42,702 bases of DNA from NCBI GenBank assembly GCA_040902515.1, contig JBBDXB010000003.1:1-42702 (forward strand). Reading direction: 5' to 3'. Positions 1 to 12,937 of the stretch are shown here, in pieces. This DNA is from Patescibacteria group bacterium. Lineage in GTDB: Bacteria; Patescibacteriota; SICC01. A program made the position numbers and the translations under genes. The notes under the pieces are model-generated. The model saw only the letters and a program-made list of their open reading frames with translations. It ran no database searches and was not told where the DNA came from. Numbering within the stretch: position 1 is the stretch's first letter; each line of letters opens with the position of its first letter.

Positions 1-1052
<1,052 letters not shown>

Positions 1053-1146
1053 ACACCCGCCGTCTCCGAAGAGCCGGCGAGGTCAAAGTTGTCTTAGAAA
1101 TTGTTAGAGACCGCCACCATTGGTGACGGTTTGGCATGTCAACCTG

Positions 1147-1159
1147 TTGTAAAAGAGCA
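1147..1159 (-). promoter_or_regulatory. rRNA leader antitermination boxA
   Basis: Minus strand TGCTCTTTTACAA about 95 nt upstream of mature 16S, close to the boxA consensus TGCTCTTTAACA. Confidence 0.8.
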
Positions 1160-1269
1160 GCGGGCCTCCGTGAAACAAAAACGGCCCTGACGGAACCGCA
1201 AACGATCAATCGTTTTGTGGAGTTGGATAAATCTTCTTGAGAATCTCCAGCAGTTACGCCGCAAGACTC

Positions 1270-1298
1270 ATTTTACGCATAAGTTTCAAACGTGGCAA
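1270..1298 (-). promoter_or_regulatory. sigma70-type rRNA promoter
   Basis: TTGCCA (1298-1293), 17 nt, TAAAAT (1275-1270) in an AT-rich patch upstream of the 16S leader. Confidence 0.8.
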
Positions 1299-1340
1299 TC
1301 GTTCGACTCTCGGAGCTGCTAGTTGCGACAACTAGCCACG

Positions 1341-1730
1341 CTAGCGGTGCCGCCGCTTGCCGCGGCGGCGGTACCCATCCTTACGGCGCTGTTCCCGCTC
1401 GACCACGAGGTCATGTGACAGCGAGCGCAGCTGGAGGACCCACCAGGCCGACCACAGCATGTACGGCACCAGGATCAAGTAGAACCAGATCCGGTAGCTC
1501 ACGACCGGCGCGCCTGCGGCCCGGAGCAACGCATAGACGGCAAACAGGGTAGCTGCGGCGAACGAGACGTCCCGGAGCCGCCGGAAGCGACGGCGGATCG
1601 TCGGCGAGTTCGAGTAACGGCACACGGCCGCGGCCGCCACACCGATGCTGGCGCTTAGCAACGGCGCCAAGAATGACGCCGTCCAGCGGTACGGCCCGTC
1701 CGTAGGTATTGAAAAGAGGTAACTTTCCAT
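1341..1730 (-). CDS. hypothetical membrane protein (about 3 TM segments, basic C-terminal tail)
   Basis: 129-aa ORF starting 2 nt after the DUF212 stop, with three hydrophobic stretches and an Arg-rich end. Confidence 0.7.
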   Translation of the reverse strand: MESYLFSIPTDGPYRWTASFLAPLLSASIGVAAAAVCRYSNSPTIRRRFRRLRDVSFAAATLFAVYALLRAAGAPVVSYRIWFYLILVPYMLWSAWWVLQLRSLSHDLVVEREQRRKDGYRRRGKRRHR

Positions 1731-1732
1731 GG

Positions 1733-2158
1733 TCAGGGATACAGCAATTGGTAGAGTACCGCCGCCAGGACCGCACCGTAAACCGCTCCGGCCACCACCT
1801 CACGGATCCGGTGTCCACGGAAGACCGGCAGCGTGCTCAACTTCGCTTCCGCCGATAATTCATTCAAGCGCTCCGTCGCCTCACCAAGCGGCCAGCGGAC
1901 GCGGACCGCATCATGCATCACGATCGCGCTGACGACCACAGCAAGCGCGAAGAGCGGACTGCCGATTCCTTCGGCCAGCGCGATCGCGGTCGTCGCGCTG
2001 ACGATGATCGCCGTATGCGCCGACGGCATCCCGCCTGAATCCAGGAAGTGGCGCTCGGGATCCGCCGTCCGGCTGATCAGGTACTTCGTGACTTCCGCGG
2101 TGAACCACACCAGCCCGCTGATGACCAGGACGGGGCTGAGATCGCCGAGAAAATCCAT
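1733..2158 (-). CDS. divergent PAP2 family protein (DUF212/YuiD-like)
   Basis: Motifs SGGMPSAHTA, IVMHDA and GH..REV.AG typical of DUF212; starts 1 nt after the gyrA stop. Confidence 0.9.
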   Translation of the reverse strand: MDFLGDLSPVLVISGLVWFTAEVTKYLISRTADPERHFLDSGGMPSAHTAIIVSATTAIALAEGIGSPLFALAVVVSAIVMHDAVRVRWPLGEATERLNELSAEAKLSTLPVFRGHRIREVVAGAVYGAVLAAVLYQLLYP

Positions 2159-2159
2159 G

Positions 2160-4586
2160 TCAGGCGGTCGCTACGGTCACTACGCGGTCGTCCGGCCCCA
2201 GACGCATGATCCATACGCCCTGGGTGGCCCGGGAGAGCCGTGGCACGTCCTCTACGGATATCCGGATTACCTGTCCGCTGGCCGAGGCGATCAGGACGTT
2301 CTCCGTACCGGGCTTGATCGCCCGGGCGCTCACCAGAAGACCTGTCTTCTTAGTGATATTGGCGGTCTTTACGCCGCTACCACGCCGCTTGTGCCGCGGG
2401 TATCCGGTAATCGCCGTCCGTTTGCCGATTCCCTTCTCACTGACCACCAGCAGGTCCACGTCCTTGTAGACCAACTCCACGCCGACGATCCCATCCCCTT
2501 GCTTCACGCGCATGCCGCTGACACCGCGGCTGGCCCGTCCCATGGGGCGCACTTCCTTTTCGGCGAACCGAATCGCCTTGCCCTGGGCGGTCGCCATCAG
2601 CACGTCGTCCTTGCCGTCGGTCACGTGCACCCAGCGCAGTTCGTCGCCCTTGGTCAGGTTGATCGCGATCAGGCCGCTGGAGCGGACTTTCTCGAAGTCC
2701 GAAAGCATCGTCTTCTTCACGAACCCGTATTGCGTCGCCATGAAAAGGTACCACTCACCTTCGGCCTTGAAATTCTCGATCGGTACCAACGCCGTCACCC
2801 GTTCCTCGGGAGCCAGTTGGATCACGTTCACGATCGCCGTGCCGCGGGCTTGCCGGGAGGCCACCGGGATCTGGTGCGCCTTGATCGAGAAGACGCGGCC
2901 CTGGTTGGTGAAGAACAGTACGTTCGCGTGCGTGTCGGTGCTCACCAGGTGCGCCGCCATGTCGGTCTCCTTGGTCTGCCCGCCGGTCACGCCTTTGCCG
3001 CCGCGCCCCTGCGCCCGGTACGTCGAAGCCGGCATCCGCTTGATGTAGTTCTCTTTCGATAGCGTGATGAAGACCTCCTCTTTGGGAATCAGGTCCATGT
3101 CGCCGAACTTACCGAGCGGCTCAGGCTTCACTTCGGTCCGCCGTTCGTCTCCGTACGTCCCGATGAGCTCGGTCAGTTCTTCTTTCACCACGTCTCGGAT
3201 CTTCTGTTGGGACTTGAGCAGTGCCGTCAGCTCCTTGATCTTCTTCTGGAGTTCCTTATATTCTTCCTCGACGTGTTTCCGCTCAAGTGCCGCCAGCGCT
3301 TGGAGCCGCATCTCCAGGATCGCCTTGGCCTGGGCCTCGGAAAGCTTGAACTTCTTCCGGAGGTTCGTGGCCGCCACGTTCCGGTCCTGCGACGCCCGGA
3401 TGGTCTTGATCACGGCGTCGATCTTGTCGAGCGCGGTCAGCAGTCCCTCGAGGATGTGCGCCCGGTCCTTGGCCTGTGCCAGTTCGAACGTCGCTCGGCG
3501 CCGGACGACCGTCTCACGGTGCGCCAGGTAGTGCGCCAGTACGTCCTTCACGGTCATCGCCCGCGGTTCGAGGTCCGGGGTGAGGGCGAGCATGTTCAGA
3601 TGGAACGATTTCTGGAGGTCGGTGTGCTGGAACAGCTGGTTGAGGACCTTGTTCGGGTAGGAATCGCGCTTGAGGTCGACCACCACGCGAACCCCATTGC
3701 GGTCGGATTCGTCACGAAGGTCGGCGATACCCTGGATTTTCTTGTTCCGTACCAAATCGGCGATCTTCTCGATCAACTGCGCCTTGTTCACCTGATACGG
3801 CATTTCCGTGACAACGATCCGATGGGTGCCACCCTTGCGCTCCTCGATCTCGGCACGCGCCCGCATATCAATCCGGCCGCGACCTGTCTCGTACGCAGCC
3901 TTGATCTGTTCACGGCCGTAGATGATACCGGCGGTCGGGAAATCAGGACCTTGGATATGTTCCATCAAGTCAGCCGGCGTACAGTCGGGGTTATCCATCA
4001 GATGGATCGCCGCCGCACCGACTTCGCACAAGTTATGCGGCGGAATGTTGGTCGCCATGCCGACCGCGATACCGACCGTGCCGTTCAGGAGCAGGTTCGG
4101 GAGCTTGGCCGGAAGTACCTGCGGTTCCTTATGGGAACCGTCGTAGTTGTCCTGCCAGTCGACGGTATCCTTCTGGAGGTCCGCCAGGAGTTCGTCGGTG
4201 ATCTTCGCCATCTTCGCCTCGGTATACCGCATGGCGGCCGCGTTGTCGCCGTCCATCGATCCGAAGTTCCCCTGTCCGTCCACGAGCGGGTAGCGCATCG
4301 CGAAGTCCTGAGCCAATCGCACCATTGCGTCATAGACGGCGGTGTCGCTATGGGGGTGGTACTTACCGAGCACTTCACCGACGACGGTGGCGGACTTGCG
4401 GTACTTGGCACTGCTCCGAAGCCCCAGCTCGCTCATCGCGTAAAGGATCCGCCGGTGTACCGGCTTCAGGCCGTCGCGCACGTCCGGCAGTGCCCGGGCC
4501 ACGATCACGCTCATGGCGTAGTCCAAATAAGAGCGCTGGAGCTCCCCTTCGATTGGTTGTAGTTTTACTTCCCCGATGTCTGCCAT
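2160..4586 (-). CDS. gyrA: DNA gyrase subunit A
   Basis: [28 protein letters not shown], catalytic AAMRYTE, GyrA-box QGRGGKG, C-terminal pinwheel repeats. Confidence 0.98.
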   Translation of the reverse strand: MADIGEVKLQPIEGELQRSYLDYAMSVIVARALPDVRDGLKPVHRRILYAMSELGLRSSAKYRKSATVVGEVLGKYHPHSDTAVYDAMVRLAQDFAMRYPLVDGQGNFGSMDGDNAAAMRYTEAKMAKITDELLADLQKDTVDWQDNYDGSHKEPQVLPAKLPNLLLNGTVGIAVGMATNIPPHNLCEVGAAAIHLMDNPDCTPADLMEHIQGPDFPTAGIIYGREQIKAAYETGRGRIDMRARAEIEERKGGTHRIVVTEMPYQVNKAQLIEKIADLVRNKKIQGIADLRDESDRNGVRVVVDLKRDSYPNKVLNQLFQHTDLQKSFHLNMLALTPDLEPRAMTVKDVLAHYLAHRETVVRRRATFELAQAKDRAHILEGLLTALDKIDAVIKTIRASQDRNVAATNLRKKFKLSEAQAKAILEMRLQALAALERKHVEEEYKELQKKIKELTALLKSQQKIRDVVKEELTELIGTYGDERRTEVKPEPLGKFGDMDLIPKEEVFITLSKENYIKRMPASTYRAQGRGGKGVTGGQTKETDMAAHLVSTDTHANVLFFTNQGRVFSIKAHQIPVASRQARGTAIVNVIQLAPEERVTALVPIENFKAEGEWYLFMATQYGFVKKTMLSDFEKVRSSGLIAINLTKGDELRWVHVTDGKDDVLMATAQGKAIRFAEKEVRPMGRASRGVSGMRVKQGDGIVGVELVYKDVDLLVVSEKGIGKRTAITGYPRHKRRGSGVKTANITKKTGLLVSARAIKPGTENVLIASASGQVIRISVEDVPRLSRATQGVWIMRLGPDDRVVTVATA

Positions 4587-4627
4587 GGATGCTCGTGAGC
4601 GGCGTGGTGCGCCACAGTTACGGCTTC

Positions 4628-4636
4628 ATTATCTCA
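4628..4636 (-). promoter_or_regulatory. possible extended -10 promoter for gyrA
   Basis: TGAGATAAT on the minus strand in the 95-bp gap before gyrA. Confidence 0.4.
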
Positions 4637-4681
4637 TTTCCAGGCGTGCCCTGCCAGCGCCCGCGGCCCGTCGGGTACGGC

Positions 4682-5206
4682 TCAGGACGGACTGCCATCC
4701 GCCGGCGCGGATCGTTCCGTGATCGTGAGGATCTTGTCGGTCCGACCGTCACCGGCCGCGTCCGCGGGATCGTTCTCCTGCTCCAGCACGGACGTCAGGA
4801 TAAAGCCCGAACCTTCCCGGCGGTACCGGTAATCAAACTGGGGATACGACGGGTCGGTGGGAATCCGCTCGAGGTACTGGGTCGTCAATTCTGCCAGGTT
4901 GCCAGGGTAGGCGTTCCGTTCCGCATAGTAGGCGCCCAGCGCCGCCGCGATCTCGTTCAGGTCCTGCTTGCGCTGTGCGTCCCGTCCGGCCGGCGTGGTC
5001 AGGTCGCTCGTCGGCGACGGCTCCGGCGATGCCGTCTCCCCGTCGGGATCCGGCGAGGCCTCGATCGAGCCCGCCTGGTCGTTCAATGCCGCGACGTCGG
5101 CCTGGAGTTCATTCACCTTCCCGTTCAGGCTCGAGACCGAAAAGAGCAAGTACACCACGATCAGCAGCAGTACGCCATAGACCAGGAACCAGCCTTTACC
5201 TTCCAT
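4682..5206 (-). CDS. membrane-anchored protein with a type II secretion GspG/pilin-like C-terminal domain
   Basis: N-terminal TM helix, short coiled coil, Pro/Ser linker, then RDAQRKQDLNEIAAALGAYY...YP...YLERIPTDP...YRY...F.L...LE as in GspG-like pilins. Confidence 0.7.
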   Translation of the reverse strand: MEGKGWFLVYGVLLLIVVYLLFSVSSLNGKVNELQADVAALNDQAGSIEASPDPDGETASPEPSPTSDLTTPAGRDAQRKQDLNEIAAALGAYYAERNAYPGNLAELTTQYLERIPTDPSYPQFDYRYRREGSGFILTSVLEQENDPADAAGDGRTDKILTITERSAPADGSPS

Positions 5207-5221
5207 GTATTCCTCTTTCCA

Positions 5222-7390
<2,169 letters not shown>

Positions 7391-7428
7391 TTAGAAATAT
7401 CAGAATGACGGACTTTTCAAGCGCAGTG

Positions 7429-9750
7429 CTACGTCCGCACTTCCCAGCCCCGGGACTTCACCGCCGCCTCGATGTTCGCCATCAGGCAGTTGACCTCACC
7501 GTCCGTCAAAGTCCGGCCTTCGGCGCGGAACTCCAGCGGCACGGTAATGCTGCGCCGTCCCTTGTGGACGAACAGGTCGGGGTCGCCGACGGCAGCGAGA
7601 TGGGGCTTCCCGTTCTGCTCAACCGTATGGAGCAGCTCCGCGAACGGCACCTGTTCCGGGAGGTACACGGACAGGTCGCGATAGACCGGCGGGTGGGCCG
7701 GTGGCATCTGGACGCGCCACTCCTCAGGCAGGGCCTGCGGCAGCCGATCCAGGTTGATCGAGAGCATCGAGATGCTCCCGGCCTTGAAACGGTCCGGGAA
7801 ACGGAACTCAGCGACCCAGCCGATCCGGACGTTCCCGATCCACGCCTGGAAGTGCCGTCCGGGCACGAATTTGCCGAGCGTCACGCTCCTGAAACGGAGT
7901 TTCTCTCGTGGAACCTTGAGCCGGTCGACGAGGAGGGTCAGCGCGCCGCGGACCGTCTCGAACGACGCGCCGCGGACCTTGGTGCCGACGGTGACCATCA
8001 GCTTCCGCTGTTCGTTCGGGGCCGACCCCGGCTCCCCTGACTCGAATACGCGTCCGGTCTCGAAGAACCGCACATCCTTCCGCCAGCGCAGGTTCGCCTG
8101 CACAGCCTCGAGATGCCGAGCCCCGAGACTGCCGCGAAGGTAGCGATAGTCGTCCGAGAGCGGATTCGCGATCTCGGGCAGCTTGGCGGAGAACCCGCTC
8201 CGTTCGAGGAGCTTCGGGCCGACCAACGAGTGCGTCAGTACCTCGGTGAAGCCGGCGGCGAGCAAGGCTCCGCGCAGGGAGTCCGCCAGGCGCGCCGGTG
8301 CCGGCCGCTTCGCCGCCCCTGCCGACCCCTCTGGAAGCGTCGCCGGAATCGCGTCGTAGCCGTAATGACGGATCAGCTCCTCGTAGAGGTCCACCGGTTC
8401 CCGTATATCCGTGCGCCAGGACGGCACCGTGACCTGCCAGGCATCACCGGAACCGGACACTCCGAAACCGAGGGACTTCAGGATTTTCTTCGCCGTCGCG
8501 GAGGGAACGGAGACGCCGAGGAAGTCCGCCGCCTCCCGAAGCGAAAGCTTCAACTTGCCGGGACGGGCCGGCTTGGGATACGAATCCGAAAGTTGGCCCA
8601 GGGAGCCGCCGCAGATTTCCAGGATCAGGTCCACCGCCCGGCGGATCGCCGGCCGGACCAGCGCCTCGGAGACGCCGCGCTCGAACCGCGCCGAAGCGTC
8701 GGTGCGCAGCCCCAGCGCCCGGCTCGTCCGCCGGATCGTGGCGGGGTCGAAGTGGGCGCACTCCAGGACCACGTCGGTCGTACCGTCCCCGATCTCGCAG
8801 TTGGCCGCGCCCATGATCCCGGCGAATCCGAGCGGCTTGTTCCGGTCGGCGATCAGCAGCGCGCCCGCCGGCGCTTTCCGGGTCTCCCCGTCCAGCGTAA
8901 CGACCTGCTCGCCGTCCCGGGCCGTCCGCACTTTCACGACGCTCCCGTCGATATTGGCCGCGTCCATCGCATGCAGCGGCTGGGCGTATTCGAGCATCAC
9001 GAAGTTGGTCACGTCGACGATCGCGTTCACGGGGCGCAGCCCCACCGCGGTCAGACGGCGCCGGAGCCACTCCGGACTCTCCCGGTTCTCCACGCCGCGC
9101 ACGTGCGCGAGGGAGTACCGCGAGTAGCCGGTCACGTGCTGGACCCGATACGGGCCTCGCACCGTCCCGTCCGACGTCTTCAGGCGCGGCTCACGCAGCG
9201 ACACGCCGAATCCCGCGGCGACCTCACGGGCGATGCCGAGATGCCCCATGCAGTCCGGACGGTTGGCGAGCACTTCCAGCTCGAACGTGTCGTGCCGACG
9301 GCCCAGCGCCGCAGGTAACCGGGCGCCGACTTTCGCGTCCGACGGAAGGACCCATACTCCCGAATGGTCGCTGCCCGCCCCCAGCTCGTATGCGGAGCAT
9401 GCCATGCCGTCGGAAGTGATGCCCCTGATGCTCCGCTTCGAAATCCGGGATCCGTCGGGCAGGACGGATCCCGGCAATACGACCGGGATCTTCTGACCGA
9501 CGGTCAGCGCTTGGTCCCGGAACACGATCTGACGACGCTTGGTAGGGCCCGTCGCGACCTGGGAGACCGTCAGGTCCGCATCAGGATGCGGCTTCACATC
9601 GACGATCTCTCCCACCACCACGTCCTTCAGATTGCTGACCGACCGGATCTCATCCACTTCGTTGAGCGTCATCGTCAGGCGCTCGGCGATCTCGTGGGTC
9701 CCCGCTTTCACCGGTGCGTATTCCTTGAGCCAGTCGACGGATACCTGCAT
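7429..9750 (-). CDS. pheT: phenylalanine--tRNA ligase beta subunit
   Basis: WLKEY, NRPDCMGHLGIAREVA, VDVTNFVMLEYAQPLHAMD, RTDASARFERG, VPSWRTDI, C-terminal FDX-ACB (RDLSV...RTLTD). Confidence 0.97.
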   Translation of the reverse strand: MQVSVDWLKEYAPVKAGTHEIAERLTMTLNEVDEIRSVSNLKDVVVGEIVDVKPHPDADLTVSQVATGPTKRRQIVFRDQALTVGQKIPVVLPGSVLPDGSRISKRSIRGITSDGMACSAYELGAGSDHSGVWVLPSDAKVGARLPAALGRRHDTFELEVLANRPDCMGHLGIAREVAAGFGVSLREPRLKTSDGTVRGPYRVQHVTGYSRYSLAHVRGVENRESPEWLRRRLTAVGLRPVNAIVDVTNFVMLEYAQPLHAMDAANIDGSVVKVRTARDGEQVVTLDGETRKAPAGALLIADRNKPLGFAGIMGAANCEIGDGTTDVVLECAHFDPATIRRTSRALGLRTDASARFERGVSEALVRPAIRRAVDLILEICGGSLGQLSDSYPKPARPGKLKLSLREAADFLGVSVPSATAKKILKSLGFGVSGSGDAWQVTVPSWRTDIREPVDLYEELIRHYGYDAIPATLPEGSAGAAKRPAPARLADSLRGALLAAGFTEVLTHSLVGPKLLERSGFSAKLPEIANPLSDDYRYLRGSLGARHLEAVQANLRWRKDVRFFETGRVFESGEPGSAPNEQRKLMVTVGTKVRGASFETVRGALTLLVDRLKVPREKLRFRSVTLGKFVPGRHFQAWIGNVRIGWVAEFRFPDRFKAGSISMLSINLDRLPQALPEEWRVQMPPAHPPVYRDLSVYLPEQVPFAELLHTVEQNGKPHLAAVGDPDLFVHKGRRSITVPLEFRAEGRTLTDGEVNCLMANIEAAVKSRGWEVRT

Positions 9751-10769
9751 CAGAACTGCTCCATCAACCTGACGTCCGGCGCGAAGAACTCCCGGATGTC
9801 ATTGATGCCGTACTTCAGCATGGCGATCCGGGCCGGGCCGAGCCCGAACGCGAACCCGCGGTACTTTTTCGGATCCCACTTCACGTTCCGCAGCACCTGC
9901 GGGTGCACCATGCCACAGCCTCCCAACTCCAGCCATTCGCCATCACGGACATGCGACACGGACATGTCTATCTCCGCGCTCGGCTCGGTATAGGGGAAGA
10001 AGCTCGGACGGAACCGGATCTTGGTATCGGCGCCGAGCAGCTCACGTGCTGCCTCGGTGAGCACACCCTTCAAGTCCGCGAAGGTCGCCCGGTCGTCCAC
10101 CAGCAGGCCCTCCATCTGGTGGAATACCGCGCTGTGCGTGGCGTCCTCGGCTTCGTTCCGATAGACCAGTCCCGGCGCGATGATCCGGATCGGCGGTTTC
10201 GCGTCCTGCATCGCCCGGATCTGTACGCCGGACGTGTGCGTGCGCGGCAGCAGCCGGAACCGTCCGCCGGGGCCCTCGGAGCCCGCCAGATAGAACGTAT
10301 CCTGCATGTCACGGGCCGGATGGTCAGGGCCCATTCCCAGCGCCTCGAAGTTGTGCCAGTCATCCTCGACCTCGGGGCCTTCCACGGTCGTGAAGCCGAG
10401 ACCGTGGAAGATGTCCTCGAGCTCCCGGAGGACCATCAGGACCGGATGCCGATGCCCGACCCGGAAGCGTTCTCCCGGAAGCGTCACGTCAACCGGCGCC
10501 GCGGGCTGCTCGGAAGCTTCCCGCTTGGCGGCGGCGAACAGTTGCTCCAACTTGGCCTTGGCCGTATTGCCGGCGATGCCCGCCGTCCGGCGTTCTCCTT
10601 CCGGAAGCGCCCTGATATCCTTGAGCGCCTTGGTCAGTCGCCCGTTACGCCCGAGGAATTCCGTCTGGAGCTTCGCGTACTGGACGGGACCGGACGCCCG
10701 GGAGAGCGCCTCCGTGGCTTCTGCGACAATGTGGTCAAAGCTTTCCGGGTCGTGCATTGGATCGTACAT
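9750..10769 (-). CDS. pheS: phenylalanine--tRNA ligase alpha subunit
   Basis: HPARDMQDTFY, RTHTS, FHQMEGL, FRPSFFPYTEPS, GFAFGLG. The start may instead be the ATG at 10757. Confidence 0.98.
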   Translation of the reverse strand: MYDPMHDPESFDHIVAEATEALSRASGPVQYAKLQTEFLGRNGRLTKALKDIRALPEGERRTAGIAGNTAKAKLEQLFAAAKREASEQPAAPVDVTLPGERFRVGHRHPVLMVLRELEDIFHGLGFTTVEGPEVEDDWHNFEALGMGPDHPARDMQDTFYLAGSEGPGGRFRLLPRTHTSGVQIRAMQDAKPPIRIIAPGLVYRNEAEDATHSAVFHQMEGLLVDDRATFADLKGVLTEAARELLGADTKIRFRPSFFPYTEPSAEIDMSVSHVRDGEWLELGGCGMVHPQVLRNVKWDPKKYRGFAFGLGPARIAMLKYGINDIREFFAPDVRLMEQF

Positions 10770-11121
10770 ATAATTCCAGCAGCAGGGCCACTACCACCAA
10801 TAGCAGTATATCCCACCAGGCGAGTAGACGGACGGATTGGAGGGCCAGCAACGCCACCAGCAACGCACTGCCGATGAAGGCCTGGCGGAATGCCGTCTGA
10901 AGGTTGGCATACCGCAGCTCGTTATTGCCCAGATGGCGCCGGAGGGCGTACCCGGCGAGCGCCAGGGTGCTGACCAGGGCGACATACAGGGAGATGTAGA
11001 ACGAGAGCAGGGCGACCTGCCCCCCCTGCTCCGGATTCGTGTTCACGATCGTCAGGGCCCACGCGATCCAGCAGGTGGCGGCGATGATCCCAAGCCCCCA
11101 GAGGATCGTCCGGACACGCAT
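10735..11121 (-). CDS. hypothetical 4-TM membrane protein
   Basis: ATG at 11121 overlaps the cdaA stop (TGATG); four hydrophobic segments, AFRQA and WW motifs. Confidence 0.75.
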   Translation of the reverse strand: MRVRTILWGLGIIAATCWIAWALTIVNTNPEQGGQVALLSFYISLYVALVSTLALAGYALRRHLGNNELRYANLQTAFRQAFIGSALLVALLALQSVRLLAWWDILLLVVVALLLELYVRSNARPGKL

Positions 11122-12059
11122 CAGCGCCTCCGTTTGTGCGATGATCGCTTGGCGGCGCGTTTGGTCTTCGTGCGGGGGGATGCCTTGCGCCGCGACGGCT
11201 TCCGTTCCTTGTCCGGCCGGCCGTTGCCGGTACCGTTCCACCGGTTTCCGGGCCGCCGTACCAGGAACTCGGCGAGTACCCGGCGCAAATCGCTCGGCTC
11301 GATACCGGGCGTGATCTTGCCTCCCACCGAAAGGGAGATGACGCCCCGCTCCTCCGAGACCACCAGAACCACCGCGTCCGACTGTTCGGTGAGTCCGGCG
11401 GCGGCGCGGTGCCGGGCACCCAGTGTGTACCCGTAGTCACGCTCGGAAAGCGGCAGCATGACCCCTGCGGCGGCGATCCGGTCGCCATCGATGACCACCG
11501 CTCCGTCGTGCAACGGGGAGCGGCGGAAGAACAGGTTCAGGAGGAGCGGTGTCGAGACCGCGGCATCCATCGTCACGCCACTGGTGACGACGTCGGACAG
11601 GCCGGTACGTCGCTTGAAGACGATGATCGCCCCGGTTCGGTTCCGGGAGAGAATGCGGGTTGCTTCGACGACCTTATCCAGGGTCTCCGAACGTTCGGCA
11701 CCGAACCGCTTGATCCGGCCATAGCGTACCCGGCCCAACCGTTCGAGAGCGCGGCGCAGCTCCGGCTGGAAAAGGATCGGAATCGCCACGAACAGCAGCG
11801 TGAGCAGGTTCGCGAAGAGGAACGCCAGCAAATCGAGTCCGAACAGCCGTGCTGCCATGAACGCCAGCACGATGATCAGGATGCCGTAGATGATCCCAAT
11901 CGCCCGGGTTTCCCGGAGTACCAGGTACAGCCAGTAGAGGATTCCTCCGACGATGATGACATCGACGACCGCCATCGGGCCGAAGTCCAGAGCCTGGAAG
12001 AACGAGTCGATGCGGTTGCCCGCCTCAGTGGTAATGGAGCCGAAGATTGCCAATTGCAT
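11121..12059 (-). CDS. cdaA: diadenylate cyclase, CdaA/DacA type (3 TM + DAC domain)
   Basis: FQPELRRALE, GAIIV, PLHDGAV and GARHRAA (DGA and RHR catalytic motifs). Confidence 0.93.
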   Translation of the reverse strand: MQLAIFGSITTEAGNRIDSFFQALDFGPMAVVDVIIVGGILYWLYLVLRETRAIGIIYGILIIVLAFMAARLFGLDLLAFLFANLLTLLFVAIPILFQPELRRALERLGRVRYGRIKRFGAERSETLDKVVEATRILSRNRTGAIIVFKRRTGLSDVVTSGVTMDAAVSTPLLLNLFFRRSPLHDGAVVIDGDRIAAAGVMLPLSERDYGYTLGARHRAAAGLTEQSDAVVLVVSEERGVISLSVGGKITPGIEPSDLRRVLAEFLVRRPGNRWNGTGNGRPDKERKPSRRKASPRTKTKRAAKRSSHKRRR

Positions 12060-12102
12060 GCGTTTGTTTCAGCTTACCCTGCCCGGCTCCGGCGCACACG
12101 TA

Positions 12103-12504
12103 TCAGCGCTTGGAGAATTGCGGCGCCTTGCGGGCCTTCTTGAGTCCGTACTTGCGCCGTTCCTTGGCGCGGGCGTCCCGGGTGAGGTATCCTTCCTTCT
12201 TGAGCGCGGTCCGTGCTTCCGGATCGGCGGCGACCAGTGCCCGGGCCACGCCCAGGCTGACCGCACCGGCTTGCGCCGAAATCCCGCCGCCGCGGGCGCG
12301 GACGGACACGTCGTACTTGCCGGCCTTGCCGAGCTGGCGAAGCGGTCGGGTCGCCCGGGTCCGCCAGGCCTCCAGCGTGAAGTAGTCGTTGAATGGCTTC
12401 CCGTTCACGGTGTGATGTCCCTTGCCGCCCTTGAGCCGGACGAGCGCCACCGCGCTCTTCCGCCGGCCTACGCCGGAGACGTACGTGGTCTTGGGTTCAG
12501 CCAT
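12103..12504 (-). CDS. rpsI: 30S ribosomal protein S9
   Basis: GRRKSAVA, GGGISAQAGA, LTRDAR.KERRKYGLKKARKAPQFSKR; start taken at MAEPK. Confidence 0.98.
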   Translation of the reverse strand: MAEPKTTYVSGVGRRKSAVALVRLKGGKGHHTVNGKPFNDYFTLEAWRTRATRPLRQLGKAGKYDVSVRARGGGISAQAGAVSLGVARALVAADPEARTALKKEGYLTRDARAKERRKYGLKKARKAPQFSKR

Positions 12505-12937
12505 CCGGTAACTCCTTCGGTTGCTGTGCGGCGTGTTCGTGTTCCGGACCGGCATAGACGTGCAGATGGTTGCGCCAGATGCGCCGGAGACGGTTATCGG
12601 GAAGCATGCCAAGTACGGCATGCTCAAGGGGCGCGCGCGGATCCCGCTCGAGCTGTTCCGCCAGGGTCCGGGAACGCAGTGAACCGGGACGACCGCCGTG
12701 GCGGTGATACTGTTTGTCCGTCAGCTTGTTTCCGGTCACCCGCACCTTGGCGGCGTTGACCACGACCACGTGGGTATCAGTCGGGACGTGCGGAGCGAAC
12801 GTCGCCAGGTCCTTGCCGCGAAGCGTAGAGGCGATCCGGGTCGCCAGTCGACCGAGTATCGCGTCCTCGGCATCGACGACGAACCAGCGGCTCACCTGCT
12901 GTTCGCGTGACGGCGCCGGTGTCCGCGAGGCGGTCAT
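12497..12937 (-). CDS. rplM: 50S ribosomal protein L13
   Basis: WFVVDA, LGRLAT, LRGK, VVVNA, AVLGMLP, HAAQQP. Confidence 0.97.
   Translation of the reverse strand: MTASRTPAPSREQQVSRWFVVDAEDAILGRLATRIASTLRGKDLATFAPHVPTDTHVVVVNAAKVRVTGNKLTDKQYHRHGGRPGSLRSRTLAEQLERDPRAPLEHAVLGMLPDNRLRRIWRNHLHVYAGPEHEHAAQQPKELPDG

Noticed and set aside
12505-12627. N-terminal extensions in the ORF track for rpsI, and likewise rpsH, rplP, rplC, map and the 10735-11241 ORF
   Set aside because: They overlap upstream genes; downstream starts match homolog N-termini and SD or coupling signals.
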